Part shown: positions 9,920 through 19,517 of the stretch, piece after piece
Numbering within the stretch: position 1 is the stretch's first letter
Layout: each line of letters begins with the position of its first letter
DNA from: an uncultured Chloroflexia bacterium
Lineage (GTDB): Bacteria; Chloroflexota; Limnocylindria; Limnocylindrales; CSP1-4
Direction: 5' to 3'
Length of the DNA: 64,000 nt
Assembly: GCA_963731635.1 (NCBI GenBank)
Contig: CAVSWB010000001.1
Location: forward strand, 784,691-848,690
Position numbers and translations under genes: made by a program
Notes under the pieces: model-generated
Told to the model about the DNA's origin: nothing
Databases searched by the model: none
The model's input: only the letters and a program-made list of their open reading frames with translations

Positions 9920-10720
9920 CTACCGGACCTCGAACGAGCGCTTGGCCAGGCCGAACCAGTAGCCGTCTATCTTCGTGGTCGGCGCCTCGCCCGGCTCCGT
10001 TGCCGCGCCGACGGCCACGAACAGCGGCGCGAAATGCTCGACCGTGGGATGCGCGTACGGCATGCCCGGCGCGCGATTGCGGAAGTCGAAGAGCGAGTCG
10101 ATGTCGCCCCGTTCGAGAGCTTCGGCAGCCCATTTGTCGAACTCGACCGACCATTCGGGCGCGCCCGGCTTGCCCATGAAGTAGTCGTGCGCATACGGCA
10201 AGCCATGGGTCAGGAAGCCGCTGCCCATGATCAGCACGCCCTCGTCGCGCAGCGGCGCCAGGCGCCGGCCGATCTCGAAGAGATGCTCGGGCTGCAGGTC
10301 CGGCATGGACATCTGCAGCACCGGAATATCGGCCAGCGGATACATGGCCAGCAGCGGCACGTAGGCGCCGTGGTCCAGGCCGCGCTCCGGACGGTCCGCG
10401 ACGGTTTCGCCGGGCGGCATCAGCGCCTTGATCCGCGCCGCCAGTTCGGGCGCGCCGGGTGAGTCGTAGCGGACCCGGTAATAGCGTTCGGGGAAACCGT
10501 AGAAGTCGTAGACCAGCGGCACCGGCATGACCGCGCCGAGCGTCAACGGCGCCGACTGCCAGTGCGCACTCACGACGAGGATTGCCTTGGGGCGCGGCAT
10601 GCTCGCGGCCCAGGCGGCGAGTTCCTTGGGCCAGATCGGGTCGTCGATCAGCATCGGCGCGCCGTGCCCGAGGTAGAGCGCCGGCAGGCGCCCGGAGGGC
10701 GTGGCTTCGTGATCAGGCAT
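9920..10720 (-). CDS. DODA/LigB-type class III extradiol ring-cleavage dioxygenase
   Basis: 'PALYLGHGAP', 'VVSAHW', 'RGLDHGAYVPL', 'GSGFLTHGL', 'AHPTVEHFAPL'. Confidence 0.92.
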   Translation of the reverse strand: MPDHEATPSGRLPALYLGHGAPMLIDDPIWPKELAAWAASMPRPKAILVVSAHWQSAPLTLGAVMPVPLVYDFYGFPERYYRVRYDSPGAPELAARIKALMPPGETVADRPERGLDHGAYVPLLAMYPLADIPVLQMSMPDLQPEHLFEIGRRLAPLRDEGVLIMGSGFLTHGLPYAHDYFMGKPGAPEWSVEFDKWAAEALERGDIDSLFDFRNRAPGMPYAHPTVEHFAPLFVAVGAATEPGEAPTTKIDGYWFGLAKRSFEVR

Positions 10721-11243
10721 CGAGCGCCTCTCCGGCGGCGGCCGAAGCGGGCACGGAGGCGCCCATTCGCTCGTGAAGCGTCGCGAGCATCCGCGCAAGT
10801 TCTCGCTGGTCATCCTCGGTGAGTACCGAAAACAGATCGGCGAGCGACGATTGGTAGGCTCCGAACTGCCTCTCGACGCTCTCGGAATTGCAGGCCAGCT
10901 GGATCAGCGTCACCCGGCGATCGGTGGAATGGGGGGCCCGCCGAACGAGGCCGTCCGCCTCGAGCCCGTCGACCAGCGCGGTCACGTTGCGCGGAGTGAC
11001 CGCCAGCTCGTCCGCGAGGTCGGCCATCTTCTGCGGGCCGTTGCAGTGGATGAAGTACAAGAGCCGAAGCCGAGACGGGCTGGCGCCTGCCTCGATCGCC
11101 TTGCGATTTGCCCACCGCTCGAACCGATCGACGAAAACCGCCGCCTGCAAACCGAGCACGCCGCTTGTGGAAGCGCCACCCGATCGCGGCCCGGCGGAGC
11201 GTTCCTCGGCGCCTGCCGCCGCTTCAGACGATCCTGTAGACAT
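10713..11243 (-). CDS. MarR family transcriptional regulator
   Basis: 'ADLADELAVTPRNVTALVDGLEADGLVRRAPHSTDRR'. Confidence 0.92.
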   Translation of the reverse strand: MSTGSSEAAAGAEERSAGPRSGGASTSGVLGLQAAVFVDRFERWANRKAIEAGASPSRLRLLYFIHCNGPQKMADLADELAVTPRNVTALVDGLEADGLVRRAPHSTDRRVTLIQLACNSESVERQFGAYQSSLADLFSVLTEDDQRELARMLATLHERMGASVPASAAAGEALDA

Positions 11244-11276
11244 TCACTATGTTCCCAGCTATTATTTGCCGGACAA

Positions 11277-11292
11277 CGTTACACATGTAACG
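11277..11292. promoter_or_regulatory. Palindromic operator between divergent marR and LUD genes
   Basis: CGTTACA-CA-TGTAACG, a perfect 7-2-7 inverted repeat in an AT-rich intergenic region. Confidence 0.65.
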
Positions 11293-11392
11293 GTGCAGGA
11301 CTACATGATAGCTCATGAAAGGAACCGGGCTACTCTGGACCGCCTGCCGGGCAACCGGCGCGGGTCCGCCCACCGCCCGGTACGTGCCCCAA

Positions 11393-12043
11393 ATGGTCGA
11401 TACCGCCAGGAAGATAGAACGATTGCCGGTCAACGAGGACTTCGCCTCGCCGGCCGACACAGCCGCCGTCGATCGCGCAGCCGAGGCGCTGCGAGGCCAC
11501 GGCTTCGATGCCCGGGTCGTCGACTCCGGCGCCGAGGCGCGTGAGATGGTGCTCAGCCTGATCCCCGAGGGTGCAGAGGTAGGCGAGGGGGCCTCAGCCA
11601 CGCTCGACCAGATCGGCGTCACTGAGGCGCTCGAGAGCAGCGGTCGATACGAAGCGCTTCGATCGAAGACTCGATCGATGGACCGTGCGACGCAGATGCG
11701 CCAGATTCGCAAGCTCTCGGCCGCGCCCGACTTCCACGTCAACAGCGTCCACGCCGTGACCGAAGACGGCCGCATGGTGATCGCGTCCATGGGCGGCAGC
11801 CAGCTCGCGCCGATGTCGTACGGCGCGGGTCGCCTGATCCTGGTGGCGGGCGCGCAGAAGATCGTGCCCGACCTCGCGACGGCTTTCCGCCGGGTGGACG
11901 AATACAGCTACCCGCTGGAAGACGCCCGCGCCCAGGTGGCCTACAACGGCATGCGGAGCGCGGTGAACAAGCTCCTCGTCTTCAACGCCGACTTCCCGGG
12001 TCGCACGACGGTGATCCTGGTGCGCGAGCCGCTCGGCTTCTGA
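11393..12043 (+). CDS. LUD (LutC/YkgG-like) domain protein
   Basis: 'GEGASATLDQIG', 'SVHAVTEDG', 'GSQLAPMSYGAGRLILVAGAQKIVPDL'. Confidence 0.85.
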   Translation: MVDTARKIERLPVNEDFASPADTAAVDRAAEALRGHGFDARVVDSGAEAREMVLSLIPEGAEVGEGASATLDQIGVTEALESSGRYEALRSKTRSMDRATQMRQIRKLSAAPDFHVNSVHAVTEDGRMVIASMGGSQLAPMSYGAGRLILVAGAQKIVPDLATAFRRVDEYSYPLEDARAQVAYNGMRSAVNKLLVFNADFPGRTTVILVREPLGF

Positions 12044-12054
12044 CGCTCGACGCC

Positions 12055-14679
12055 TCAGCGGAGGCTGATCAGGGAGAGGGCGTATCCCGCGTCCGCAGGT
12101 TGCCCGATGAGGACCAGATGGGACCCGTCGGGCGACCAGTCGATCTCGCCGAGACCCACGACGTTCACGTTCACTTCGACGATCGTCCTGCCGCCGACGA
12201 CGAACCGCACGATGCTCTGGCCGTTTGCCGAAACGTCGACGGCGAGGGCGCCCGTGGGAGACACGGACAAGGTGGTCGGTGGCAGGTCCGACGGCGTGAG
12301 GCTGTTGCCGTCCCATTCCTGGAGCGGCCCGGGGGAGTTCCCCGCCCAGGACGCCACGAGAAGGTGGCTGTCGGGCAACCAGCAGATGGGCCCGAGATTG
12401 TCGGGCACGAACGTGGTCTGACCCGTGGCGACGTCCAGGATCGCGGCGCCGCCGATGCTCTGTGCGTTCTGCCGTCGCGTCCAGGTAGAGGCGATGGATC
12501 GGCCGTCGGGGCTGAAGCTCACGAAGGTATTGAGCGATTGCCCTTTGTCGAAGTTGGAGACGATCTGGATCCCGTCGAACCTGGCCACCTGTTGAAGCGA
12601 CGGATACGAGACGACCGCGACCGTCTGCCACCAGGCGCCGTCGGCCATCGAGCCTGGATCTTGGGCGCTGGACGTCGCGATCAACAGTTCGGTGCCGTCG
12701 GGCGACCATCGGAGCGGGTAGCCGGGCATGGTCTTGCTCAACGAACCGTCGGCCCAGACCGCGAATTTGGGCGTTGCGTTGCTTGATGAAAGCGGCAAGG
12801 CCAGCGCTCCCCGGCCATTCCCGATAATGCCGCCCCCGTAGGTTCCCGCCAGATCAACCGCGGAACCGTCGAGACCGCAGATCGTGAGCGATCCGCCCGC
12901 GTCGCCCGCGTCGTAGTGGTAGAGGGCGTACCTGTTCGAGTCGAGCCAGGTTGCCGAGTACGTGTCGCCCACGTTGGGGTAGGCGGTGGACGATTCGGCG
13001 AGCACCCCGCCGCTTTCGTCGAGCAACTCCCAGCCCTGGCCGGCGTAGATGACGTGCTTGCCATCGGGCGACCAATGGAAGCTGTTCATGGTCAACCCGT
13101 CCTTGGGTAGCGCGATCGGCACGATGCCGTTCGGGCCGGGCGTTGGCGCGGCTGGAGGCGTGGCCGGATTACAGGCTGCCGACCCGCTTGGCGCGGGCGT
13201 GGGCGAGCCGCTGGGAAGAGGTCGCGGCAGGTCGATTAGGGACAACGCGAAAGCCACGTTCTCCGGTTGTCCGTACACCACGAGATGGGATCCGTCGGGC
13301 GACCAGTCGATCTCCATGGCGTTCTGAGGCAGCACCAGGAGGGGCATGCCGTTGGCGAGGAAGGTGATCGTCGAGAAGTTGTCGGTCTGATCCTCGACGG
13401 CGGCAATGCCGGCCGGAGACACCGAAATCGTATGTGCGGGCAGCGTCGACGGTGTGAGCTTGCTGCCATCCCATTCCTGAACCGGCCCGGAGGACGATTG
13501 CACAAGCAGGTGGCCGTTGGGCAACAAGCTCGACCAGCCGAGACCGTCGGGAAGGAGCGTGCTCTGTCCGGTGGCCGCATCGAGCATGCCGGCCTTGCAT
13601 TCGGTCGTCGCGTCCTTCGGCCGGCCGCATGAGAAGACAACGGAGCTACCGTCTGAGTTGAAGCTCAACAGGAAAGCGAGGCCCAGCGCCGTGGTGCCTT
13701 GCGCCCTCAACTGGATTTGTCCAAAGGCGATCGTCTGCTGCAGACCTGGGTAGGTGTCGATCGCGACCGTTTCCCAGATCGGCGAATCGCCCACCGTACC
13801 CGGATCCCGACCGAAGGTGGTCGCGACGAGCAGCTTGGTCCCGTCGGCCGACCACCTCACTGGATAGCCGGGCGCGGGTTCGCTTAGCGAGCCATCGGCC
13901 CAGACCCTGAAGGTCGAAGTCGAAGTTGGTACGGCCAATGCTCCATGGCCATTCCCGAGTATGCCCGCTCCGAATCCGGCCGGGACGGAGCTCCCAGGCA
14001 ACGTGACCGCGGAGCCGTCCAGGCCGCAGACGTTCACGGTCGCCGGGGGGTCGCCGGTCCCGTTATCGAGGATGGCGTAAGTGTTCGAGTCGAGCCAGGT
14101 TGCCGAATACGAGTCGCTGAATCGATGATCCTGCTGTTCAGCCAGCCCCAGGCCGCCGGCGTCGAACAACTCCCAACCGAAGGTGGCGATGATGAAGTGC
14201 TTCCCATCGGGCGACCAGTGCACGCTGTCGCTGGAAAAGTAGTTGCTGGGCAGCGGCACGATTCGGTTCGGATTTCCAGTGGCAGTGGCTGCGGGAGTGG
14301 AGGGATGGCAGGCCCTGGCGGCCGGGCTATTGGGGTCGAGCCGCAGACCGAATTCCGGCGAAGGGCTCGGAGTTGCCGGGACGCCAAACCCGCGGAACAG
14401 CAACGCGCCGGCAACCAGCACCGCGGCGAGGGCCACGACCGGGAAGGCTAGCGCCGCTCGAGGCGTGGTGCGAGTGGCGTGGGGGAACGCCACCGTAGTG
14501 TTGACCCATTCCGCAGCCAGTGCGTGGCCGATGCGTCGATGTGCCTCCAGCCGCTTGGCGCAGCGCGGACAGGCAGCGAGGTGCGACTCCTGCCGGGGCG
14601 TCGTATCCGCGCCATCGGCCAGTGCCGCGAGGTCGCGCTCGGAAATGTGCCGGCGCCAGAAGGGCTTCATCGTCTTCAC
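12055..14679 (-). CDS. Zinc-binding (ZAS/zf-HC2) anti-sigma factor with two tandem extracytoplasmic beta-propeller-like domains
   Basis: 'HLAACPRC' ZAS motif, one TM, two similar ~385-aa units with 'WSPDG' repeats; GTGA overlap with the sigma stop. Confidence 0.8.
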   Translation of the reverse strand: MKTMKPFWRRHISERDLAALADGADTTPRQESHLAACPRCAKRLEAHRRIGHALAAEWVNTTVAFPHATRTTPRAALAFPVVALAAVLVAGALLFRGFGVPATPSPSPEFGLRLDPNSPAARACHPSTPAATATGNPNRIVPLPSNYFSSDSVHWSPDGKHFIIATFGWELFDAGGLGLAEQQDHRFSDSYSATWLDSNTYAILDNGTGDPPATVNVCGLDGSAVTLPGSSVPAGFGAGILGNGHGALAVPTSTSTFRVWADGSLSEPAPGYPVRWSADGTKLLVATTFGRDPGTVGDSPIWETVAIDTYPGLQQTIAFGQIQLRAQGTTALGLAFLLSFNSDGSSVVFSCGRPKDATTECKAGMLDAATGQSTLLPDGLGWSSLLPNGHLLVQSSSGPVQEWDGSKLTPSTLPAHTISVSPAGIAAVEDQTDNFSTITFLANGMPLLVLPQNAMEIDWSPDGSHLVVYGQPENVAFALSLIDLPRPLPSGSPTPAPSGSAACNPATPPAAPTPGPNGIVPIALPKDGLTMNSFHWSPDGKHVIYAGQGWELLDESGGVLAESSTAYPNVGDTYSATWLDSNRYALYHYDAGDAGGSLTICGLDGSAVDLAGTYGGGIIGNGRGALALPLSSSNATPKFAVWADGSLSKTMPGYPLRWSPDGTELLIATSSAQDPGSMADGAWWQTVAVVSYPSLQQVARFDGIQIVSNFDKGQSLNTFVSFSPDGRSIASTWTRRQNAQSIGGAAILDVATGQTTFVPDNLGPICWLPDSHLLVASWAGNSPGPLQEWDGNSLTPSDLPPTTLSVSPTGALAVDVSANGQSIVRFVVGGRTIVEVNVNVVGLGEIDWSPDGSHLVLIGQPADAGYALSLISLR

Positions 14680-15176
14680 CTGCCCCGTTCGTAGTCGATG
14701 AGCCAGGTCGCGAGCTTCGCGCGGGCGTGCGACAGCGTGGCCGCGACCGTGCCCCTTCGGATGCCGAGCGCTTCGGCGGCGTCCGCCTGCGAGTAGCCCA
14801 GGCCGTGCACCAGCGTCAGCACGGCGCGCTCGCGGGCGGGAAGCCGGGCGATCGCGGCCGCGAGATCGATCGGCAGATCCGAATCGACCGGCGCGATCAT
14901 CTCCTCACCGCCGAGCGGCGAGGACGTCCGGCGTGCCCTCAGCCGGGAGGTCTTGCGAACCGCGATGGCGCGGAGCCAGCCGTCGAGTTTCGCGGGATCG
15001 CGAACGTCCTGGACGTGGGCTCGCGCGAACATCATCACTTCCTGAGCCAGATCCTCAGAGTCATGGCCGGCCCCGAGCGCGCGGCACAGCCTGGCGAGGT
15101 CGGCGAAGTGGCGTTCGTATGCCGCATCGAGATCCTCCTGCCGCCCTCTCGAAGCCAACGCTCCCTCCACACCCAT
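14676..15176 (-). CDS. ECF sigma factor
   Basis: 'AYERHFADLARLC...SEDLAQEV', 'LPARERAVLTLVHGLGYSQADAAEALGIRRGTV'. Confidence 0.9.
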   Translation of the reverse strand: MGVEGALASRGRQEDLDAAYERHFADLARLCRALGAGHDSEDLAQEVMMFARAHVQDVRDPAKLDGWLRAIAVRKTSRLRARRTSSPLGGEEMIAPVDSDLPIDLAAAIARLPARERAVLTLVHGLGYSQADAAEALGIRRGTVAATLSHARAKLATWLIDYERGR

Positions 15177-15251
15177 AGGTGCCTGCCGCCGTCCGATTTG
15201 TTTAGCGTACGCGCCGCCGATTGCCGCCGGCCGCCCCTGGCGCACGCTAGT

Positions 15252-15266
15252 TGCGACTGAGTCTCA
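15252..15266. promoter_or_regulatory. Fur-family (probably Zur) 7-1-7 box
   Basis: TGCGACT-G-AGTCTCA (one mismatch), between the divergent ECF gene and the metal ABC operon. Confidence 0.65.
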
Positions 15267-15345
15267 CAACTGATATGGTTCCAGCCGGTTCGGGCGCGGC
15301 CGGCGTGCGGTCTCGGCACGCGCCGAATCCTCGGAGGCATCGTCG

Positions 15346-16251
15346 GTGAGATTCGGTCGCCTGTTGGGTCCGCTCCTCGCAATCGCGGCAATCACCGCCG
15401 GTTGCGTGAGCGGTACTGGCGCGGCCGAGTCCGGCGCCAAGCTCCAGGTCGTGACGACCACTACGGTGCTGGCGGATCTCGTCTCGAACGTCGGCGGCGA
15501 CCTCATCTCGGTTACCAGCATCGTGCCCAAGAATGGCGACGCCCACACCTTCGAGCCCAGGCCCTCCGACATCCGGACCGTGGCCTCGGCGAAGCTGTTG
15601 GTCATGAATGGGCTCGGCCTCGACGATTGGGTGATCAAGATGATTGGCAACGCGGCCGCCGAGGGCACTCCGCTCATCGAGTTGGGAGTGGACCTGCCCG
15701 GCGTGCAGCTGCTCCCCGGCGAGACCGCGGCCACCGAAAACCCGCATCTCTGGATGGACGTCAAGTACGCGGAGCTGTACGTAGGCCGGATCGCCACTGC
15801 CCTCAAAGCGGCCGATCCCGCCCACGCCTCGACCTACGACGCCAACGCTGCCGCCTATACGCGGCAACTCGAAACTCTTGATACATGGGTCCGGGCGCAG
15901 ATCGCGACGATCCCAGTTGCGAACCGCAAGCTCGTGACCTTCCATGACGCCTTCCCGTACTACGCCCGCGAGTACGACATCGACGTCGTGGGCGTGGCCG
16001 TGGGATCGCCCGGCCAGGACCCCAGCGCCGGCTACACCGCGCAGCTCATCTCCACGATCGAGGCCGCCGGCGTCAAGGCAATCTTCAGCGAGGCGCAATT
16101 CCCGGCTCAGCTGGTCGATCAGCTCGCTTCGGAGGCCCATTGCACAGTTGTGGCTAACCTGTACGACGATGCGCTCGGAGATCCCCCGATCACAAGCTAT
16201 GAAGAGGTAATCCGCTGGGACACCGATCAGCTGGTGACGGCACTTCGATGA
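15346..16251 (+). CDS. znuA: Zn/Mn ABC transporter substrate-binding lipoprotein
   Basis: Lipobox 'ITAGC', 'DAHTFEP', 'NPHLWMD', 'HDAFPYY'. Confidence 0.9.
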   Translation: MRFGRLLGPLLAIAAITAGCVSGTGAAESGAKLQVVTTTTVLADLVSNVGGDLISVTSIVPKNGDAHTFEPRPSDIRTVASAKLLVMNGLGLDDWVIKMIGNAAAEGTPLIELGVDLPGVQLLPGETAATENPHLWMDVKYAELYVGRIATALKAADPAHASTYDANAAAYTRQLETLDTWVRAQIATIPVANRKLVTFHDAFPYYAREYDIDVVGVAVGSPGQDPSAGYTAQLISTIEAAGVKAIFSEAQFPAQLVDQLASEAHCTVVANLYDDALGDPPITSYEEVIRWDTDQLVTALR

Positions 16252-17132
16252 CCGCCCACACTGCCTCGGCCCCCGAGCTCGTCGGCAAGGCCCTGGGCCT
16301 GCCCGACGTCGGCGGGCCGATCGCGATCCGGTTCGCGGGCGTAAACGCCGGCTACGGCGAGCGGATCGCGCTCGAGGACGTGAACCTCGAGATCCCCGTC
16401 GGCGCGCTCGTGGCCATCGTCGGCCCGAACGGCGGCGGAAAGTCCACGCTGCTCAAGCTGATCGCCGGACTGCTCCGGCCGTGGAGCGGTACGGTCGAGG
16501 TGCTGGGAGCGCCCGCGGGCCGCGAGGCCCGCCGCGTGGCGTACGTCCCGCAAGCAGAGCTCGTGGACTGGTCGTTCCCCGTGAACGTCTGGAATGTGGC
16601 GATGATGGGCCGCTACCCGCGCCTGGGCCCGCTGCGCCAGCCCGGCAAGCGCGACCACGAAGCCGTCGAGGCGGCGTTGGAACGCGTCGGCCTCTCGGAT
16701 CGCGCCCACTCGCCGATCGGGGCACTCTCCGGCGGGCAGCGCCGCCGCGCCTTCCTGGCACGCGCGATGGCCGCCGAAGCGGACCTTTACCTGCTCGATG
16801 AGCCCGTCACTGGTGTCGACATTCCGACCCAAGAGGCGATCATGGAGCTGCTCGGCGCTGAAGCCGACCAGGGCAAGTCGGTCGTGGCAACAACGCACGA
16901 CCTGGGCGCCGCGGCTCGCCACTTCCGTTCAATCGTGGCGGTCAACCGCCGCATAGTCGCCTATGGCGGAGCCGATCTCGTGACCGACGCCGAGGTTCTG
17001 GCGCGCGTTTACGGCGGCCATCTGCTGATGCTCGGCGACCACCTGGGCGTCCTCGACGACTCCCACCACCATGACGATCCGGCCGGATCCGAGCGCCACT
17101 TCCACGAAGGCCAGCGCGGAGGCGGCGCATGA
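16248..17132 (+). CDS. znuC: Metal ABC transporter ATP-binding protein with His-rich tail
   Basis: Walker A GPNGGGKS, LSGGQRRR, LLDEP; C-terminal 'DDSHHHDD...HFH'. Confidence 0.92.
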   Translation: MTAHTASAPELVGKALGLPDVGGPIAIRFAGVNAGYGERIALEDVNLEIPVGALVAIVGPNGGGKSTLLKLIAGLLRPWSGTVEVLGAPAGREARRVAYVPQAELVDWSFPVNVWNVAMMGRYPRLGPLRQPGKRDHEAVEAALERVGLSDRAHSPIGALSGGQRRRAFLARAMAAEADLYLLDEPVTGVDIPTQEAIMELLGAEADQGKSVVATTHDLGAAARHFRSIVAVNRRIVAYGGADLVTDAEVLARVYGGHLLMLGDHLGVLDDSHHHDDPAGSERHFHEGQRGGGA

Positions 17133-17995
17133 ACCTGATCTTCGACCCGTTGGGGTACCCGTTCTTCATCCGGGCGATGGCGGCCTCGGCAATCGTCGGC
17201 CTGGTCTGCGCGACCATAGGCAGCTACATAGTCCTGCGCGGGCTCGCGTTCATGGGCGACGCGCTCAGCCACGCGGCCTTTCCGGGCGTCGTCGTGGCGT
17301 TCATGGTCAAGGCGCCTTTCTATCTGGGCGCCTCGATAGCGGCGGTGGGCACGGCGCTGGCGATCGGCTGGGTCACGAGGCAGGGCAAGCTCCGCGGCGA
17401 CACCGCGATCGGCGTCATGTTCGCCGGCATGTTCGCCCTCGGGGTCTTCCTGTTCAGCCTGATTCCCAATTACGTGGGCGACCTCTTCGGGTTCCTCTTC
17501 GGCGAGGTGCTTGGCATCGGCATGTCCGACCTCATCTCGCTCATCGTGCTGGCCGCGCTCGTGCTGGTGACCGTGGCGCTGCTCTGGAAGGAGCTGCTGT
17601 ACTCGACGTTCGACCCGCTCGGCGCGGCGGCCTCGGGTCTGCCGGTCGGCAAGCTCGACTACCTGCTGCTGGCCCTGATCGCACTGACGATCGTGATCAG
17701 CCTGCAGTCCATCGGCGTCATCCTGGTCGTGGCGATGCTGGTTACTCCGGCCGCAACCGCGCAACTCTTCTCGAACAGTTTCGGCCGGCTGGTCGTGGTT
17801 GCCGCGGTAATAGGCATCGTGTCCCCGATCGTCGGGCTGTACATCAGCTACTGGGCGAATTCAGCCAGTGGCGCGACGATCGTGCTGGTCGAGACCGCGG
17901 TCTTCATCGTCGTCCAGATCGCCGTGAGCCTTGTCGCTCGGTATCGCCACGCCGACGCCGGCGCCCGTGCCGCCCAGACGAGTTCGATCGGCTAG
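17129..17995 (+). CDS. znuB: Metal ABC transporter permease
   Basis: 'LAFMGDALSHAAFPG', 'GVILVVAMLVTPAATA'. Confidence 0.92.
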   Translation: MNLIFDPLGYPFFIRAMAASAIVGLVCATIGSYIVLRGLAFMGDALSHAAFPGVVVAFMVKAPFYLGASIAAVGTALAIGWVTRQGKLRGDTAIGVMFAGMFALGVFLFSLIPNYVGDLFGFLFGEVLGIGMSDLISLIVLAALVLVTVALLWKELLYSTFDPLGAAASGLPVGKLDYLLLALIALTIVISLQSIGVILVVAMLVTPAATAQLFSNSFGRLVVVAAVIGIVSPIVGLYISYWANSASGATIVLVETAVFIVVQIAVSLVARYRHADAGARAAQTSSIG

Positions 17996-18039
17996 CCGGG
18001 CGCGATCCGGCTCCGGCCCGACCGCCGGCCGCTTCGCGG

Positions 18040-19362
18040 CTACTTCGGCAGCGTCAGCTCGGCCTTGCTCCCGCCCGCCGCCTGCTCCGGCGAGTGGCCT
18101 CGTTCCAGGAACGTCTGGGCCTTGCCGATCTGGCCGTTGAGCGAGTCGATCGTCTTGTTCATGCTGTCGAGCGCCTTGAGCTTGTAGGCGTCGATCTCGT
18201 CCAGGGTGGCGTAGATGTTGTCGAACGCCAGCTGGAGCTTCTGCAGCTCGATCGTCGAGGAAGCCGCCTGCTCGTTGATCGCCCCGGACTGCTGGCGCAG
18301 CATGACCGAGGTGCTCTCGATCAGATCGGACGTCGTGGTGTTGAGGGCGGTGATCTGGTCGAGCACGAGCTTCTGGTCGGACAGGGCCTGGGCGACGATG
18401 ATCGCGGTCCGCAGCGCCGACACGGTCGTCGTGGTGGCGCGATCGACGCCGCGGATAAGCTCGAAGTTGTTGCGCCGGATAACGTCGAGGGCCATGTATC
18501 CCTGGACGCTGACGGCCAACTGAGTGGTCAGGTCCTGTGTCTTCTGGCGGACGTAGAAGAGCATGTCCTCGTTGAGTATCCGGGCACGCTCGGGGTCGTT
18601 GGCCTGGACCTGCGCGATCCGAGCCGCGAGCGCGGCGTCGAGCTTTTGTGACAGGTAGATGTACTGGCGCAGCTTCTCCATGATCTGCCAGAGATTCGCC
18701 TTCTCCTGCTCGAGATCGACGTTGTCCCTCTGGAGGTTGTCCTGGCCGTTCTTGAGGGCGGAGATGATGCCGTTGATGTGGCCCTGGCTGGACTGGTACT
18801 TGGCGAAGTAGCGGCTCAGGCGATCGCCGAAAGGCAGGATGCCCAGCAGCTTGTGAGTACCGAAGAGCTCGCCCTGTCGGCCGGGATCGAGCGCGCCGAC
18901 CTGGCGCCGAAGCTGCAGCAGGCTCGCGGCGACGCCGGAGGTGCCGCTTAGGCCGCTCTTCTGCAGCGAGGCGACGGGCCGCGAAAGCAGCCGCGACGAA
19001 ACCTGCGAGGCGGCGTTGATCTCGTCGTCACCGAGCTTGCGGATGTCGGTGACGCGCGCCTCGAACTTGGGATCCTTGACATCGAAGGTGGCGACCGCGG
19101 CGATGTAACCGGCAACCATGCCATCGAGCTTGACCACGGTTGCCTGGTCGAGCTTGAGGGAATCGAGCGCTACCGTCGGCTCGACGATCTTGACGGGCTC
19201 GGGCGGAACGAGGGCCAGGCTATTGCCCGGGGCCGGGGCGGGAGCGGTCGCCGACGGCGCCAGCGCTTCCTTGTCCGCGGCGGTGCCACTCGCCGAGGCG
19301 GCCGCGCCGCTCGGGGCAACGGCCGGCCCCGGCGCCCGGTCGATGTTGAGCGAGTCGCTCAT
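18040..19362 (-). CDS. Toxic anion resistance protein (TelA/YaaN family)
   Basis: 'YFAKYQSSQGHINGII', 'QLAVSVQGYMALDVIRRNNFELIRGVDRATTTTVSAL'; the 5' extension of the track ORF is spurious. Confidence 0.88.
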   Translation of the reverse strand: MSDSLNIDRAPGPAVAPSGAAASASGTAADKEALAPSATAPAPAPGNSLALVPPEPVKIVEPTVALDSLKLDQATVVKLDGMVAGYIAAVATFDVKDPKFEARVTDIRKLGDDEINAASQVSSRLLSRPVASLQKSGLSGTSGVAASLLQLRRQVGALDPGRQGELFGTHKLLGILPFGDRLSRYFAKYQSSQGHINGIISALKNGQDNLQRDNVDLEQEKANLWQIMEKLRQYIYLSQKLDAALAARIAQVQANDPERARILNEDMLFYVRQKTQDLTTQLAVSVQGYMALDVIRRNNFELIRGVDRATTTTVSALRTAIIVAQALSDQKLVLDQITALNTTTSDLIESTSVMLRQQSGAINEQAASSTIELQKLQLAFDNIYATLDEIDAYKLKALDSMNKTIDSLNGQIGKAQTFLERGHSPEQAAGGSKAELTLPK

Positions 19363-19517
19363 GAGTGACCCTCCTGTTTCCGAACTCCGGCACGAATTCC
19401 ATGCAGCACCTTGTAGGTTACTGCCGGCGCGGCCGGTGGTGGGACCCTGGCGTGCCGCGATACAGTTCGCGGGTCGGAATCTTGCGATTGAACGGCCGAA
19501 TTGGCCTGGGAGAGGGT

